A stretch of 64,000 nucleotides of DNA from Gnetum montanum (taxonomy: Eukaryota > Plantae > Gnetophyta), in NCBI GenBank assembly GCA_015680685.1, contig MNCI01002615.1, positions 208,685 to 272,684 on the forward strand, written 5' to 3'. Both the position numbers and the translations under genes were made by a program. The notes beneath the pieces were generated by a model. That model worked only from the letters and a program-made list of their open reading frames with translations, made no database searches and was not told the DNA's origin. Below are positions 40,301-53,100 of this stretch, piece by piece. Each line of letters begins with the position of its first letter. The first letter of the stretch is position 1.

Positions 40301-42570
40301 CATTCACTCCCCAGACTCCTTCCTGCTTGCAATAATCCTATAGAGTGTCCATCACCAAAATAAACAAGTAGGGTGACAGAGAGTCACCCTGCTGTAGCCC
40401 TCTTCTTGAAGAGGAAAAACCCCAAAGAACCCTGTCCAAATCAATTGAGAACATGGCAAAGAACTAAATGTGCAAGCATAGATTGATAAAATCCTAGCTA
40501 AAGCCTTTCCTCATCATCACGTCTACCAACACCTCCCACGCCACCATGTCATATGCCTTCGCGATGTCAAATTTAAAACACAAGCCCGGGAAACGAGTGA
40601 GATTGAAGGAATGAAAAAGTTCATGAAGCATAATAGCTTGATCTTGAAGGAGGTAGCCCTTAACAAACCTCGTTTGATTATTCCTAACCAATTTTGGCAT
40701 CAAAGGTGCCAATCTTCTAACAATCATCTTGGTGAACAGTCTCAGGAGCATATTGCAGACTCCAATTGGTCAAAACTATGAAGGCTCGGTTGGACATTCA
40801 ACCTTAGGGATTAGCACAACCCGCAAACAATTGATTTCCTAACGGATCTGTCTCTAGTGGAGCATGCTATTAAAAGCATCAAAGAAGATGTTGGCCCCAA
40901 ACACATCTGTGTACTCCCTAAAGAATTCGATGGGCCATCCATCCAGCCTAGGGGCCCTTCCAGGTTTGATAACTGTCAAGGCCCACTCAAATTCCTGCAT
41001 TGAGAAAGGCTAGAGGAGCTTTGAATTGTTAGCATATGTAAGAATCATCTCCACCAGCACCAAAAGAAGGGCCCAATCCTTCCGATGCCACACATTCACC
41101 CAAAAATCATGGAATTCCTACACGACTTCAGCCAAATGTTCAATGACCCATCCATGCCTAGTAAGAGAAGGAACCTGCCTGGCCTGTTGATTAGCCTGAG
41201 CCACAGCGAAAAAAATTAGTTGGCCTATCACCATCTCGCAACCACTAGATTCTAGATCTTTGCTACCAATACCATGTTTCTTCCTGGTCCATCTACTGGA
41301 GGGCATAGAGAATGTCTTGCTCTTCATGCACCAGATCTTCACCTCTCTCCTATCTCACCTGGACATCCCGAAGCTGTTGCTCCATCACACCCCTTTGGAA
41401 CCTAAAAGAATACTTCTTCCTCTATGATCAAGTTTCCTTTTTAAGAGTACTAAGCCCATGAATGACGAGGCCACAAGCATCGTGACCGAAAGGATACTTC
41501 TCCCAAATCATGGTAACTAGAGGCCTTAGCCAAGGTTTCATGATCCAACCACACTTGAAGCAAAAGCACGAAGCAACAACATCCAACCTCCTCCCAATTT
41601 GACATATCAAAGACCTATGGTCCAAGGTCCTCCGTTCAGTACCCGTAACGCAAATGTCGTATTGAAGCAACAATGAGGCACCCATCCACACCCAGTCAAT
41701 TTGGGACATGACTTTGACATTGCCTTTCATCCTATTACTCCAGTTGTAGTTATAGTTCTTGATTTCTAAGTCCACCAAGTTATGTTGATGAAGGAATTGT
41801 AAGAAAAGGTCCACACCTGGTGACTTCGTGCAGTCGAGACAAGTCTTCTCCTAGGCATAAATTCTTTGATTATAATCCCCCACCGTGGCCCAACACCTAT
41901 GATTTGGAATCATCGCCACAATTCTTCTCAACTCAGCGAGATGTCTCTCCCATTTCCTCTTCCCGTGGAAGTTGGTAAGCCAAATTCCTAGTGAAGGTAC
42001 GTGAATAGTGATGCTCCAATTAGAAGCATCTAGGGGATGGAAACTAAATCTGGACAAAACGGCTAGGCCCCCGACACAACTATGGCAAGCCACCTGCTAA
42101 ACATGCCAATCGTTCCTTGCTAAACATGAAATTCCTTGGGTTGCAACTTTGTTTCTTGCAGGCAAATGATGTCACAGTTATCTATATGCACAATTTCTTT
42201 AAGGGCATGTGATTTAGAGGGGGTGCCCTACCCCTGCAATTCCATGTCATATTCTTCATGGTCATCCACCTACGCGTCTATGATGGACCTCCTGAAGGGT
42301 ATTTTTAAGGCCTAAATCAATTTCAAGCTAGGTTTGTCAGCTGAAAACCACTGGTGTTGGTGGGCAGCCAACTTGCCCAGCTTCGATGGACACCTTGAAG
42401 GCCTCTCTGTGGTCCATAGGGGATCGTAGAATGTCCTTCAAAATCGGGTTGGAGGAACCTCAAACAACGGTGACCCAACTCCCCTGGGGGGTGTCCTTAC
42501 TAGATTGATTAGCTTTAGGTGGAGTGGCAAGGCCTACCTCGAGGGTGGAGGGAGATACTGGGCCCTCGCC

Positions 42571-42611
<41 letters not shown>

Positions 42612-44300
42612 NGAACATACCCCATTCCTAGTGAAGGTACGTGAATAGTGATGCTCAAATTAGAAGCATCTAGGGGTGGAAACTAAATCTGTACAAAACG
42701 GCTAGGCCCCCGACACGGCCATGGCAAGCCACCTGCTAAACATGCCAATTGTTCCTTGCAAAACCTGAAATTCCTTGGGCTGCAACTTCATTTCTTGCAA
42801 GCAGATGATGTCATAGGTATCTCTATGCACAATTTCTTTAAGGGCATGTGATTTAGAGGGGGGGCCCTGCCCCTACAATTCCATGGCATAATCTTCATGG
42901 TTGCCCACCCAAGCATCTATGATGGACCTCCTGAAGGGTATTTTTAAGGCCTAAATCAATTTCAAGTTGGGTTTGTTACCTAAAAACCATTGGTGTTGGT
43001 GGGCAGCCAACTTGCCCAGCTTCGATGGACACCTTGAAGCCCCCTCTGTGGTCCATATAGGATTGTAGAATGTCCTTCAAAATCGACTTGGAGGAACCTC
43101 AAACAACAGTGACCCAACTCCCCTGGGGGGTGTCCTTACTGAACTGATGAACTTTAGGTGGAGTGGCAAAGCCTACCTCGAGGGTGGAGGGAGATCCTGG
43201 GCCCTTCGCCACACCACCCACCCCCCTCCCCTCAATTCCCAACCATCACCTCCAACATACCCCATTCCAAAGGTGCCCTTAACTTCATCGCAAGTCCCCT
43301 TGGAGGGGCCTGCAAATCCACAATCCCAGTTCATTCCTTCGGACCTTTTGTATGCTTTCGCCAAACTTGTTGCCACCCATCAACGTCCAAAGCTTTAGAC
43401 TTGACCTAGCAATTCGCCATAGACTGTCCTGCTTTCCAACAGTGCTAATAGGGGCCCCCATTGGACCTAGATTCTATGCTCCCCTTTCGTACTCCACCAT
43501 TATCCTCTCCTCCCCTGTGGGGAGGGCCAAGACCAAGTCCTTGAATAGGTCTTTTGGAGAGAGTGATCTCTAAACACAGAAGCGGGCAAAGCCCATCCTC
43601 TCCATAGTCCTAGTAGGTTTGTCCAATGCAATGAATTCCTTGAAATAAGTCGCCAATGACTAGAAAAACTCTGGCATCCACACCTCCCAAGGTACACAAG
43701 AAATGCAAATCTAGACTAGGGTGCATGAGAAAAGATCTTTATCCTAGTGTGCCCTAGGCCTCCAAGTCATGAGAGCAAGACCCCTCACTCCAAAAAACTA
43801 GGGACCCCCAACAGGACGTGGTCCTAGTCCTCAATACAATGAAAGACAAAAAGAATAAGATCCTCCAAGAGACTCCTTGCCCCCACATTATCAAGTCCCC
43901 ACATGGCAACAACCCATTTCCGAATGAGTTCAAGCTTGGGCGTGGCCCGCTTGAAACAAAATAGCTAATAAGGCCCCTCTCGATAGTCCCCAAAGCCGCT
44001 AACGGTAGCTAAGGCACCTCTAGCCAAAGAGACTGCCCACACCTCAAGGATGCCCCAAACAAACCTCCAAGGCTAGAACACCCATGTCCACCCAAGCCCA
44101 TGCCACCCCAAATCCCCCCTCCATCTTGAAAACCAATCTAAGCCCCAACAAAACCCAACCTGCCCTTGCTTATTCCATCACCATCCTACCCAATCCTTGC
44201 CGCTGTGCCTCCACTAACAGTCCCTCTAGTGCCTCCTCTGGTTCCTACTTTGGCTTCCATTCGAATTTTGGTTTAGATTGCAATGCAACAATCCAACTTG
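37350..44300 (-). mobile_element. LINE-A: near full-length decayed L1-type LINE in a PGLP1 intron, with extended ORF2
   Basis: Poly(A) tail seen as T22 at 37350-37371. ORF1 at ~44300-42260 (VPWEVW..LDKPT..RMGFARFCV). ORF2 ATG at 42259 (MKNMTWNCRG), endonuclease (VGDYNQ, TLDHR), RT (KFDIAKAYD, QGDSLSPYLF, YADN), zf-RVT at ~39530-39310, then the extension to ~37800. 5' boundary approximate. Confidence 0.9.
41989..43268. repeat. 640-bp tandem duplication spanning the LINE-A ORF1/ORF2 junction
   Basis: Units 41989-42628 and 42629-43268. ATTCC occurs at 41984, 42624 and 43264 (period 640). The copies differ by scattered substitutions. Confidence 0.85.
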
Positions 44301-44460
44301 GGCCTACATTTATGTCTTCATGTTGCCTCTATTAATGTGCCTCTATACTGACATTATTAATAAAATGTCAGTATATTATGCCTCTATTTATTAATAAAAT
44401 AATAAAATGTATCATTACACCATGGCTATTAAAAAATTACAGATAGGTAAATTACTTAAC

Positions 44461-44560
44461 TCTTTTGATAAATAATCCATCATAAAAGTTGATGGCTTTC
44501 CAACAACAATAGGCTCCCTTTGTGTTGATCCTTTTAATGCTCCAACAATAGAACCACCAC
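44461..44560 (-). CDS. PGLP1: Phosphoglycolate phosphatase exon (HAD motif III, GKP)
   Basis: cag|GT GGT...AAA GA|gttaag encodes (G)GGSIVGALKGSTQREPIVVGKPSTFMMDYLSK(E). Phases match both neighbouring exons. Confidence 0.96.
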
Positions 44561-46149
44561 CTGCATTTATCCAAGATCATGGATCTGGCTCACAATACAT
44601 TTTATTGTTATAGAAAGTGACATAATACCTAAGTATGCCAATATAGCATTGGAAATACACCAATTCTTTTCAATATCATACACAAGAACTTGTTCCAGCA
44701 AAAAAAAGACAACAACGTAGACTAGAACATAATAATGTTGAAAAGGATCCAAACAGAAACTACTGTAACATTTATTTTCCATCAGATCTAAAATTATTAT
44801 ATATTTGGATACAAACGAGATTCAAAGATATATGATAAACATTATAGAAGAATGTTAAGTATTCATGTCATCATGGTCTCATAAGTTTCAAAACCATTCT
44901 TCTAAAATAAACATGAGGTAGCAAGGAAGTTTGTATGTTTCCCTTTACGAACTAAATCCAGCTGGAAATGTGGTTGCATTACTGATTTTAGAACCATTCG
45001 GATTTGGATTTCTAGTCCTCATGTAATATGATTTTCACCTTGATGCTTATTTCACATTTGTTTTGTATGTGAAATGATATTATGTTGTGACTGATGTTAA
45101 ACGAAAAAGTAAGACATTATTATGTCATTGAATGGATTTGAAATTATTGTTTCATATGTTATTTGCAGTCAACCATTTGACTGGGCAATTACCTGATGAA
45201 CTGTACCTAAGAGATATTTATTTTTATGACTAAGAAAATCAGAAATTGATCAGTAAATAAAAAAAGATCAGATCTGTGCACCGTTTCAGAGGAATCTCAC
45301 ATAAGCTTTTCACAGTAGAAACTTTCTTTTTATAATCATCTTTTATTTCAAGAAATCAGTATTGGTTGAAACTAAAATATGAATATAGTGTTTTGTGCCA
45401 ATTAGATTATATTGATCTCTATTTTAGAAACCTGGAATTGTTTTCTTTGATTATTATTTCGATGTGAGAATTTCAGAACCATTCATTTCACAAGAGAAAC
45501 TTGTATCTTTTATGTTAGAAAATCTGAGATGCAGACAATGTGTTGGAAGAACTGGAAGATAACATTCTATGATACATTTTGAGCTTATGGTTTATGTATA
45601 TCTTGTATGGGAAATTCCAGGTTTTTGTATAATTGTTACAAGGAAGCAACATGGCTAGTGTAGTTTTCTACTATTGCAATTACTATGTTTTCGTATAGTC
45701 ATACTCTTCGAATGACTGATTATGTTTTTGTTGTGCATAACTTAAAACTGCTAAGGTAAATTGGTTGAATTAATTTGCTTGTATCTGATCTACAAACCTA
45801 TGGATACAATTCCAAGTTTGATTATTTAGACATTTGTGTTACATCGTGGACGCATATTGTATTGAGAAATGTCAATCGTCATATTGGCATTCTCTTCATG
45901 CCAAATCCTTGAGCCGTTGTTTGCATTATATAATCTTTCGGCTTTATGTCGTAGTCTTTTTATGTTGAACTAATTGTTGTTTGAGCTAGTTTAAATACAA
46001 GATTGGATTTCTGATGATTGATTAACTTTTAAAAATTTTACCCTTGCATTTTTCAGCCAGCAGTTTGGGGGCTTTAGGTGTTAGCTCTTGCTCCCTAAGA
46101 ACAAGGTGTTACACCTACCCTCATTTGTGATAGCTCCATTGTTAACTTT

Positions 46150-46760
46150 GAGCATGTGGATTTTCATGGCCCCTTTCTAGGCTTTTGTAATGGCATACAA
46201 AAATTTAGTTTTCTCTAAGCCATGTCACTTGAGATTGTTGCTTCCAATAGAGTTCCTCATCATCATAGATTTCTTGCAATTCCAAAAGAATCATTGTCTC
46301 CTCCTCTTGACCATCCATCTCATGTTCTTGTAATGATTGCACATCATGCAGCCTTTGAACCCAATGTTGTTTTAGAAATTTAAAAGGATATTTTTCATTT
46401 GGTGGCCAACTTTTAATAAACTTTTTAGCTCTTCTCAATCCATCCTTAAAAAATCCCTAGCATCCAAGTGTTTAGAGTAATCTTGCCATATCCTTTCCAT
46501 TTCATCCCTTAACTTAGACATGCCTAGCCAAAACTTTGCTAGCTTCCACCCCCAAAAGATTCCATAGAGCGCAACAGCAAATGATGATCTGAAGCCCTCT
46601 AATCCATCACCCACAAAATGAAATCAGCACTAACCATCAAATCAGCAACCACCCAAGCACAGTCAATCCACATCATAATTCTCTCAATTTACTTTCTCCA
46701 ATTACTCCATGTGAAATCACAACCATGGATCACAGTAGGAGTTGGGCCTAGCAATTCACT
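46150..46760 (-). mobile_element. LINE ORF2 fragment (endonuclease C-half and linker)
   Basis: GCDFTWSN..IDCAWV..ASDHH, and ORF 46205-46438 ending EELYWKQQSQVTWLREN. Confidence 0.8.
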
Positions 46761-46913
46761 AGGAAACATCAACATCTTATTTAATACATAGCCCTTAGAT
46801 ATGAAAAGGATCATTGTCAGGGTCCTAGGGATTGCCACCAAGGGTATGAAGACCCCTACTTAGGGATGTCCATCTTCAACTGGCATAAGTGATAGACATT
46901 GGCCCATATCATT

Positions 46914-48908
46914 TGTAATGCCCCACATTTGTACATGTGACCTTAGTATTATATTAAATACTTTTAATTTGTTTTAGAGCATATATACATTTGTAGATGT
47001 GTCTAATATTTCTTAGTAATATGAAGACCTTTGTTTGGGTGACATAAGCAAGATTATTATTTATTTCTAATTTTTGTCTAATTTTTATTATTTTAAATTT
47101 TATATATATATATTAATGAATGAGCATTGCAAAGACCAGCATTATTTTAGAATAATATTAGAAAATTAACATGATGTGGATTCATGGTTTATTTTGACGT
47201 TTGGATAGAATTTTTAAATTATTAAATATTTAATTAAATAAAATATGTCAAAATTCAAGGTTGTTGGATCGTACTCAAATTTGGTAAAACAACTCACTTT
47301 TACACCTAGAGTATAGATCTACAATTAGTTCTTCAATTCAAGCTTTGTATTTTAAGATTTTAATGTTAAACAATTAAAAAAGTACCCAATTGGACCATAT
47401 TTTCCTTAATTCAATCAAAATATTAAATTCTAGCATGGTAGTTATGGCATGTTTGTGCTCATTACAACCAGCTCTGCATGTGTAAAATGTTGGATGGACA
47501 AAAAGTTTAATATCAATGATTTTTACTAGATATATTATAGGAAACATGGGAAATGGATAAAAGGCCAGAAATAAATTAGAAACCTTCACAACATATAAAC
47601 TAAAAAGTCACTTAAAACAAGACAAAAAGGTGGGGCCATAAGAAAAGTCAATGTGGGATGGCGATGTATGCTCTATGACATACTTATGATGACATCTATT
47701 TTATTTATATGCAAACTGTCTACATCATATTAATGGCTGGAAAAGGGACATAGAACTCATTTAATAGGGGCCATGCAACTCTCTTGAGTGTTGTCAGTTT
47801 TACGTCCACTCCCTCATGGGAGCTTGCTTGTCCAAGTCAAGTAGCAATGATGCCATGAATAAAAAAAAGGATTTTCTTATGAATGGGTTGTTTACTCCTT
47901 GTCCATTGTGTAAACTTTTGTGCACAAGCCTTTACCCAAGCCCTAGGATCTCCTCTATCCTATAAATAAAGGGGTTGTTTACTCTCATTTTCACTTTTTG
48001 CCAAGGAAAGGAAAACTATGCTAGTTGGAGGGGTGAGGAGTTGAGAAGAGGAGAGGAGAAGAAGGGTGGTTGTTCCTTGCTTGTTCTCAGCCATCTCTTG
48101 GGTTGTCTTGAATGTTCTTATGGGCTTTTCAGAGGTGGATTTTGCTGCTGCTGTTGGAGGCTTTTGGGTCTGATTTATTAGGACTGTTTGGCTGATTCAA
48201 GTAACTGTTTTCTCTAATTTTGTGAAGGGATTTTGGCAACACCTTCGACCTACAATTAGAAGATTATTTCTTAAGGCTATTTGCTGGACAACAACCCAAA
48301 CTTGAGGTGTCTTCTCCCTCTCCAAATTGGTCAAGTTCAAATTTAAAGGTGTGTATTTCAAACTCTTGTTGTACAAAATTTTTACTAGGTGTTTGAAGTT
48401 ATACTGGCTTGGACAAGTGAAAATTATTTCGTGAGGGCATGCAGGACTTTTTGTGAGTTGTGAGTCATGCCTAGAGTCCCTCATGTGTCTTGAATCTGAT
48501 TTTTGGCATGCATATTTTGAGCTTATGAGTTAACATTTTCTTTGTGTCATGTGCACTTGGTATTTTATGATTTTATGATCATTTGTGTTTTATAAAAGAA
48601 ATGCCCCTTATCAGTCTATCCAAGGCTGGTGATCTCTTGTGTGGCCTCCAAGGGCTTAGTTCTTGGAGATGCTTGATAGTGTAAGCCCCCACCATTTTAT
48701 CCAACCCTGGTGTTCTTCTTGTGTGGACTACAAGATGTTGTAGGGTTGGAAAGACTTGGTGGAGCACAATTGGATGGCCAAGGGTTCATTGAAAACTCAT
48801 TTTAAAATTAAAAATAATCTATGCATATTGAAGATTTTTGGTGTCTTTTGTTAAGTGCACATGTTTTGCTTTCTTGGTCATTTTTAGGTCAGTTTTGTGG
48901 GGTTTTCA
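46914..48908 (+). mobile_element. Probable solo LTR (~2 kb, Gypsy-type)
   Basis: Starts TGTAATGCCCCAC and ends GTGGGGTTTTCA (imperfect inverted repeat). Internal TATAAATA at 47961 is followed by GA-rich R/U5-like sequence. No TSD recognised. Confidence 0.55.
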
Positions 48909-50149
48909 AAAGAGTTGTCATATCCCGATTTGTTGTTAAATGGTCCTCTGTTCAAGCCTACATTTCTCTCAATGTGAAAACATGAGAGGCTGGAAAATTT
49001 ATTAATAAAGATGTCAAAGTTTGGAACCATGTTAATCCATCATAATGTTCAAGCTTAGTACATGTCAAATTTTATTGTTTTGTTTTATCTACATAAGAGC
49101 ACATGGAATTTTGCTACTTGTTTGCTCCCAAAAATTAGATTTCTAATTTTTTTAAAAAAATGATAGCTATTCATAGTAGACTTACTTTTTTTCGTAGTTG
49201 TTTTTTACTGTTCACTGTTTTCTGATTTCATAGGGAATGGTAGTAATGATAATCATAATAGTCACATATAGAATTTGCCCTTTGTTTCTTTTTTTCTTTA
49301 TTTTTTTTTTGGAAATGATATTAGAGACTACCCATTCACTGTTTTAGCCTGAGAATAAAAAGAACAATTACTGTTATTATTGTTATTATTATTATTAAAT
49401 GGCTGATAATTTACTTTCCAAGATTCATCTCCCAATTATAGATATTGCACAGCCTAAAAATGCCTTACGCTGAGAAGAAGGGAAAAAATTGTTAAATCCC
49501 AACTTCCATGAACTGTGTTTATAATTATAATTTTAGATTTATTTCAGTCCCTTCTTCTTCTCCCAAACTTAGATTTGATTGCTAAAAATTAAGGCCCTAT
49601 TTTCAAACTTTCTTTGCCAAACTTAGGATGCCTGAAACTAGAGAAAAACATTGGTTGAATTTTCCGTGAGAAGTAAACCTAACTATTGTAACTCTCTCTA
49701 TTCTATGATGTGAGCTGGTTCTTATATGGCATGTAAAATACACTTAACATGCATAGTTGGTTCTTTCATTTGTATGATAGGAATATTGTATCTTCAAAGC
49801 CTGGAGGTCTCCTTGGAGTAAGCCTTTCATTACATGAATGTTTTGTACATTTTGTCATAGCTAGATTTTGTTTTATGCATGTAAATATTGTTTATTTATT
49901 TTTGCTTTAATATGCTAACCTTATTTACTTATCAGCAATTATTATTTTTTTTTAGTTGTGGAAAGAAAAGAAAAAAATCATGTATGTTTATTTTCTTTCC
50001 ATAAAATTAACCCACATGAATTATGATTAGAAGCCCTTTAGGCACTAGGATAAGCAATTCACCTAAACTCACAGTTAGTAATTAGGTGGATGATGCATTT
50101 GATTGGTGTGCAAAACCAACTTTGCATGGGTGGAATCTTGCTAAAAGCC

Positions 50150-53100
50150 TCCAAATATGTCTTCTGAGATCCAGCCATGAAATATGGCAACCAATCTCCA
50201 TCACTTCATAGGGACAACACCCAAATCAAAACCTCCTGTAGACACTCGTAGAATGGGCAGCCAACTACTACTTCATCAATTGTTCTTCCTCCGGGGCCAC
50301 CTTGGCCCTCTAGGCCTCAACCGCCTTTTCTCTCTGCACTCTCTCTTAAGCCTCACGACATAGATCCCCCCTGATCTATGTCTAAAGCTCTTCCTCCAAC
50401 ATGCAATGATAGGAAGCTTCCTACAACCCCCGCAAATGCCGCTCCCGTGCCACAGCCTCATGTGCCTACCACTCCACCTCCTAAAGCTTAGCCCTTGCCA
50501 CCTCCTCATGTTTCAAAATCTCAGCTGCCCACTAAATCTGCTTGTCAGTGCACACCTCCTAAATAGCACATTGCAATTCCACCTCATGTTGGGTCTGAAG
50601 CTCCCGGAGAATCTGTACTTCAAAGAGCCAAAACTACTACTACTACGGTGGTTCTATAACAAACCCCTAATCCAGAGCACCAACCCCAACCAACGGCCAA
50701 CTAGAATCCCTTTTTGGTGGCCCTTGCAAAATGGAAGGGGAAGATTCCCCTTCTAGAGAAGGGCGACATTGTGAATAATCTCTCACTAAACAAATGTGGG
50801 ACAACACCCCTGCTTACCCTTCCAAAGGATAGCCAAGAAAACTTTTGGTAGATTAACAAGGCACCCCATCTATAAACAATGCATGAGAGAGAAATGAGAA
50901 CCCTGGAGCTTCTGAGCATTCCCAGATTGAACAAAATAATGCTTGACAAGTTCAACCACATCTTGCCATAAAGCCGACAAGGTAGATTTTGGAACCTAGC
51001 CACTGGCTGTATTTAGCACAGCACCTTGGAAGAAGCCTTTTGCATCCTGTAAACCTTGTCTTGTTGGAAGAACCGTTTCTCCCCCAATTGTTATACCAAG
51101 ATATTCTACAATGTCTTGCTTTGTCAACCTAATGCACACCCCACAAAAGGTAGTGGCATCTTCCCACCAGAATGAGAAGAAAGATGCATCAACAAGATCA
51201 GGATCTTCCACCAGCTGAGGAAGAACTTCATCTCATCCCACTCTCTGCACCAGCGCCCACAGTTGTTGATTATTTCATAACTTCTAGCAATCTAGATCAA
51301 AGGTGGGTATATGACCAATGGCAATCGTTGTCCCTTGCCATTGTCCAAGGACCTTTTGAACAATGCAGGCCAAAGACAGGATTAGCACATTCCAAAAAAA
51401 TGAGGGCATTTTGGGCCTTCCACACAGCACAAAAAATGGCACCGACATAACAATCTCCATGCAAGCATTGCCCTGTGGTGGCAACCGCCTAGACCACACA
51501 CGTTATTGGGCATTGGAACATTAGACTGTCTCATTTGCCACACTGTAGAGAGGGTAGGTGGCAAGTACCTACAACCCCCACGCCCGAAGCAGCATGCACA
51601 CCAAGGCACCCTACATCAAAAGTGATAAAACATTTAATTTTTTCTAGCAGGTGACTCCGCCAAATCTGTCACCAACCAGGAATAGTTGGAAACTTGGTGC
51701 ACAATAATTGATGCAATGGGGTGCCCAACATTCCTAATTGTTGCACTATTTGTGTTGTGGCACAAATGCCATGCCATATCCAAGAATCTTGAGGCCCACT
51801 TCCATAACGTATACTTGTGCCTCATAATTGTAACCCATGGTCTATCAGGCTCAGTGTTTAAAATCTTATTGACAAGATATTGATATCCCATTAATGCAAT
51901 ATCATGAAATCTGATAATACCAAGACTACCTACATTTTTCGATCGTGTCACTCTCTCCCAAGAGACAAGAAGCATATGGTGTCCACCTTTGCCTCCCAAA
52001 CAAACAGAATTATGGATGATTTGGTCCCCCTCTCAATCACCCTTGCAAAGGCATGGCTACCGAAGCAGTATACCTAGTGATGGTCGATAAAACTGACACA
52101 ACCAAAAGAATTCTTCCCTTCCTGTTAAGGAAACACTTGGTCCAATGTTGGGTTCTTATTTGAAGTTGTTGGATGAGCTGCATCCAAGTTTCTTTCCTAT
52201 GCCAATAAAAAATGGGGATTCCCAAATATGTATCATGGGTTGTGCCTTGCAAAATACCAAGGTTACGGAAAATAGTGCTTCTTATCTGAATATTTTTGTG
52301 GACAAAATGAACTGAAGACTTCCCCCAATTAACAACCAAACTAATCTCCTGAGACATTCTACTCAGCCTACACAATTGCATCCACTTGAGGAATAGCCCC
52401 CTAGGTAAATAAGATTGTATCATCAACATAATGCTTGCCAATACAAGTTACCTCCCCATCCTTGAGCCCGTAGACTCCTTCCGATCTATAGTACATATTC
52501 ATAGTATCCATGACAATGTTAAAAAGATATAGGGATAATGGATCTCCCTACCTCAACCCCCTTTGAGGGGAGGAAAATCCCCAACAATTCCCATTTATTG
52601 TAAAAGAATATGCTCCTAATTTCTAAATTTGAATGCAAAGTTCAACAAATTTCAGATGTATCCCTTTTCTAAGCATGATATCTCTCAATGTCATCCAAGA
52701 TACCATATCATAAGCCTTGGCAATGTCAAGTTTGAGACACAGACCTAGGGTTCTCTTGCTTCAACAGATGCATAATTTCCTGAAATAAAACAAGGTTGGT
52801 CTTGTATAGATCTTCCTTTGATGAATCTCATTTGCTGAGACCCAACTAAGACTAGCATAAGAAGCTAAAACCTAGCAACCAAAATCTTAGTAAACAAGCG
52901 GAGAAGGGTGTTGCACACCCCAACCGGGTGAAAGTGAGTTGGCTCCATGGGGTTATCAACTTTCGAAATCAAAACAATCTTGGACCAATTAACTTCATTC
53001 CTAACTTGTCCCCATTATAGCATCATATTAAAGGCATCTAACAAATTATCCCCAATTATATCAAAAAACATTCTCAAGAACTCAACAGGCCATCCATCTA

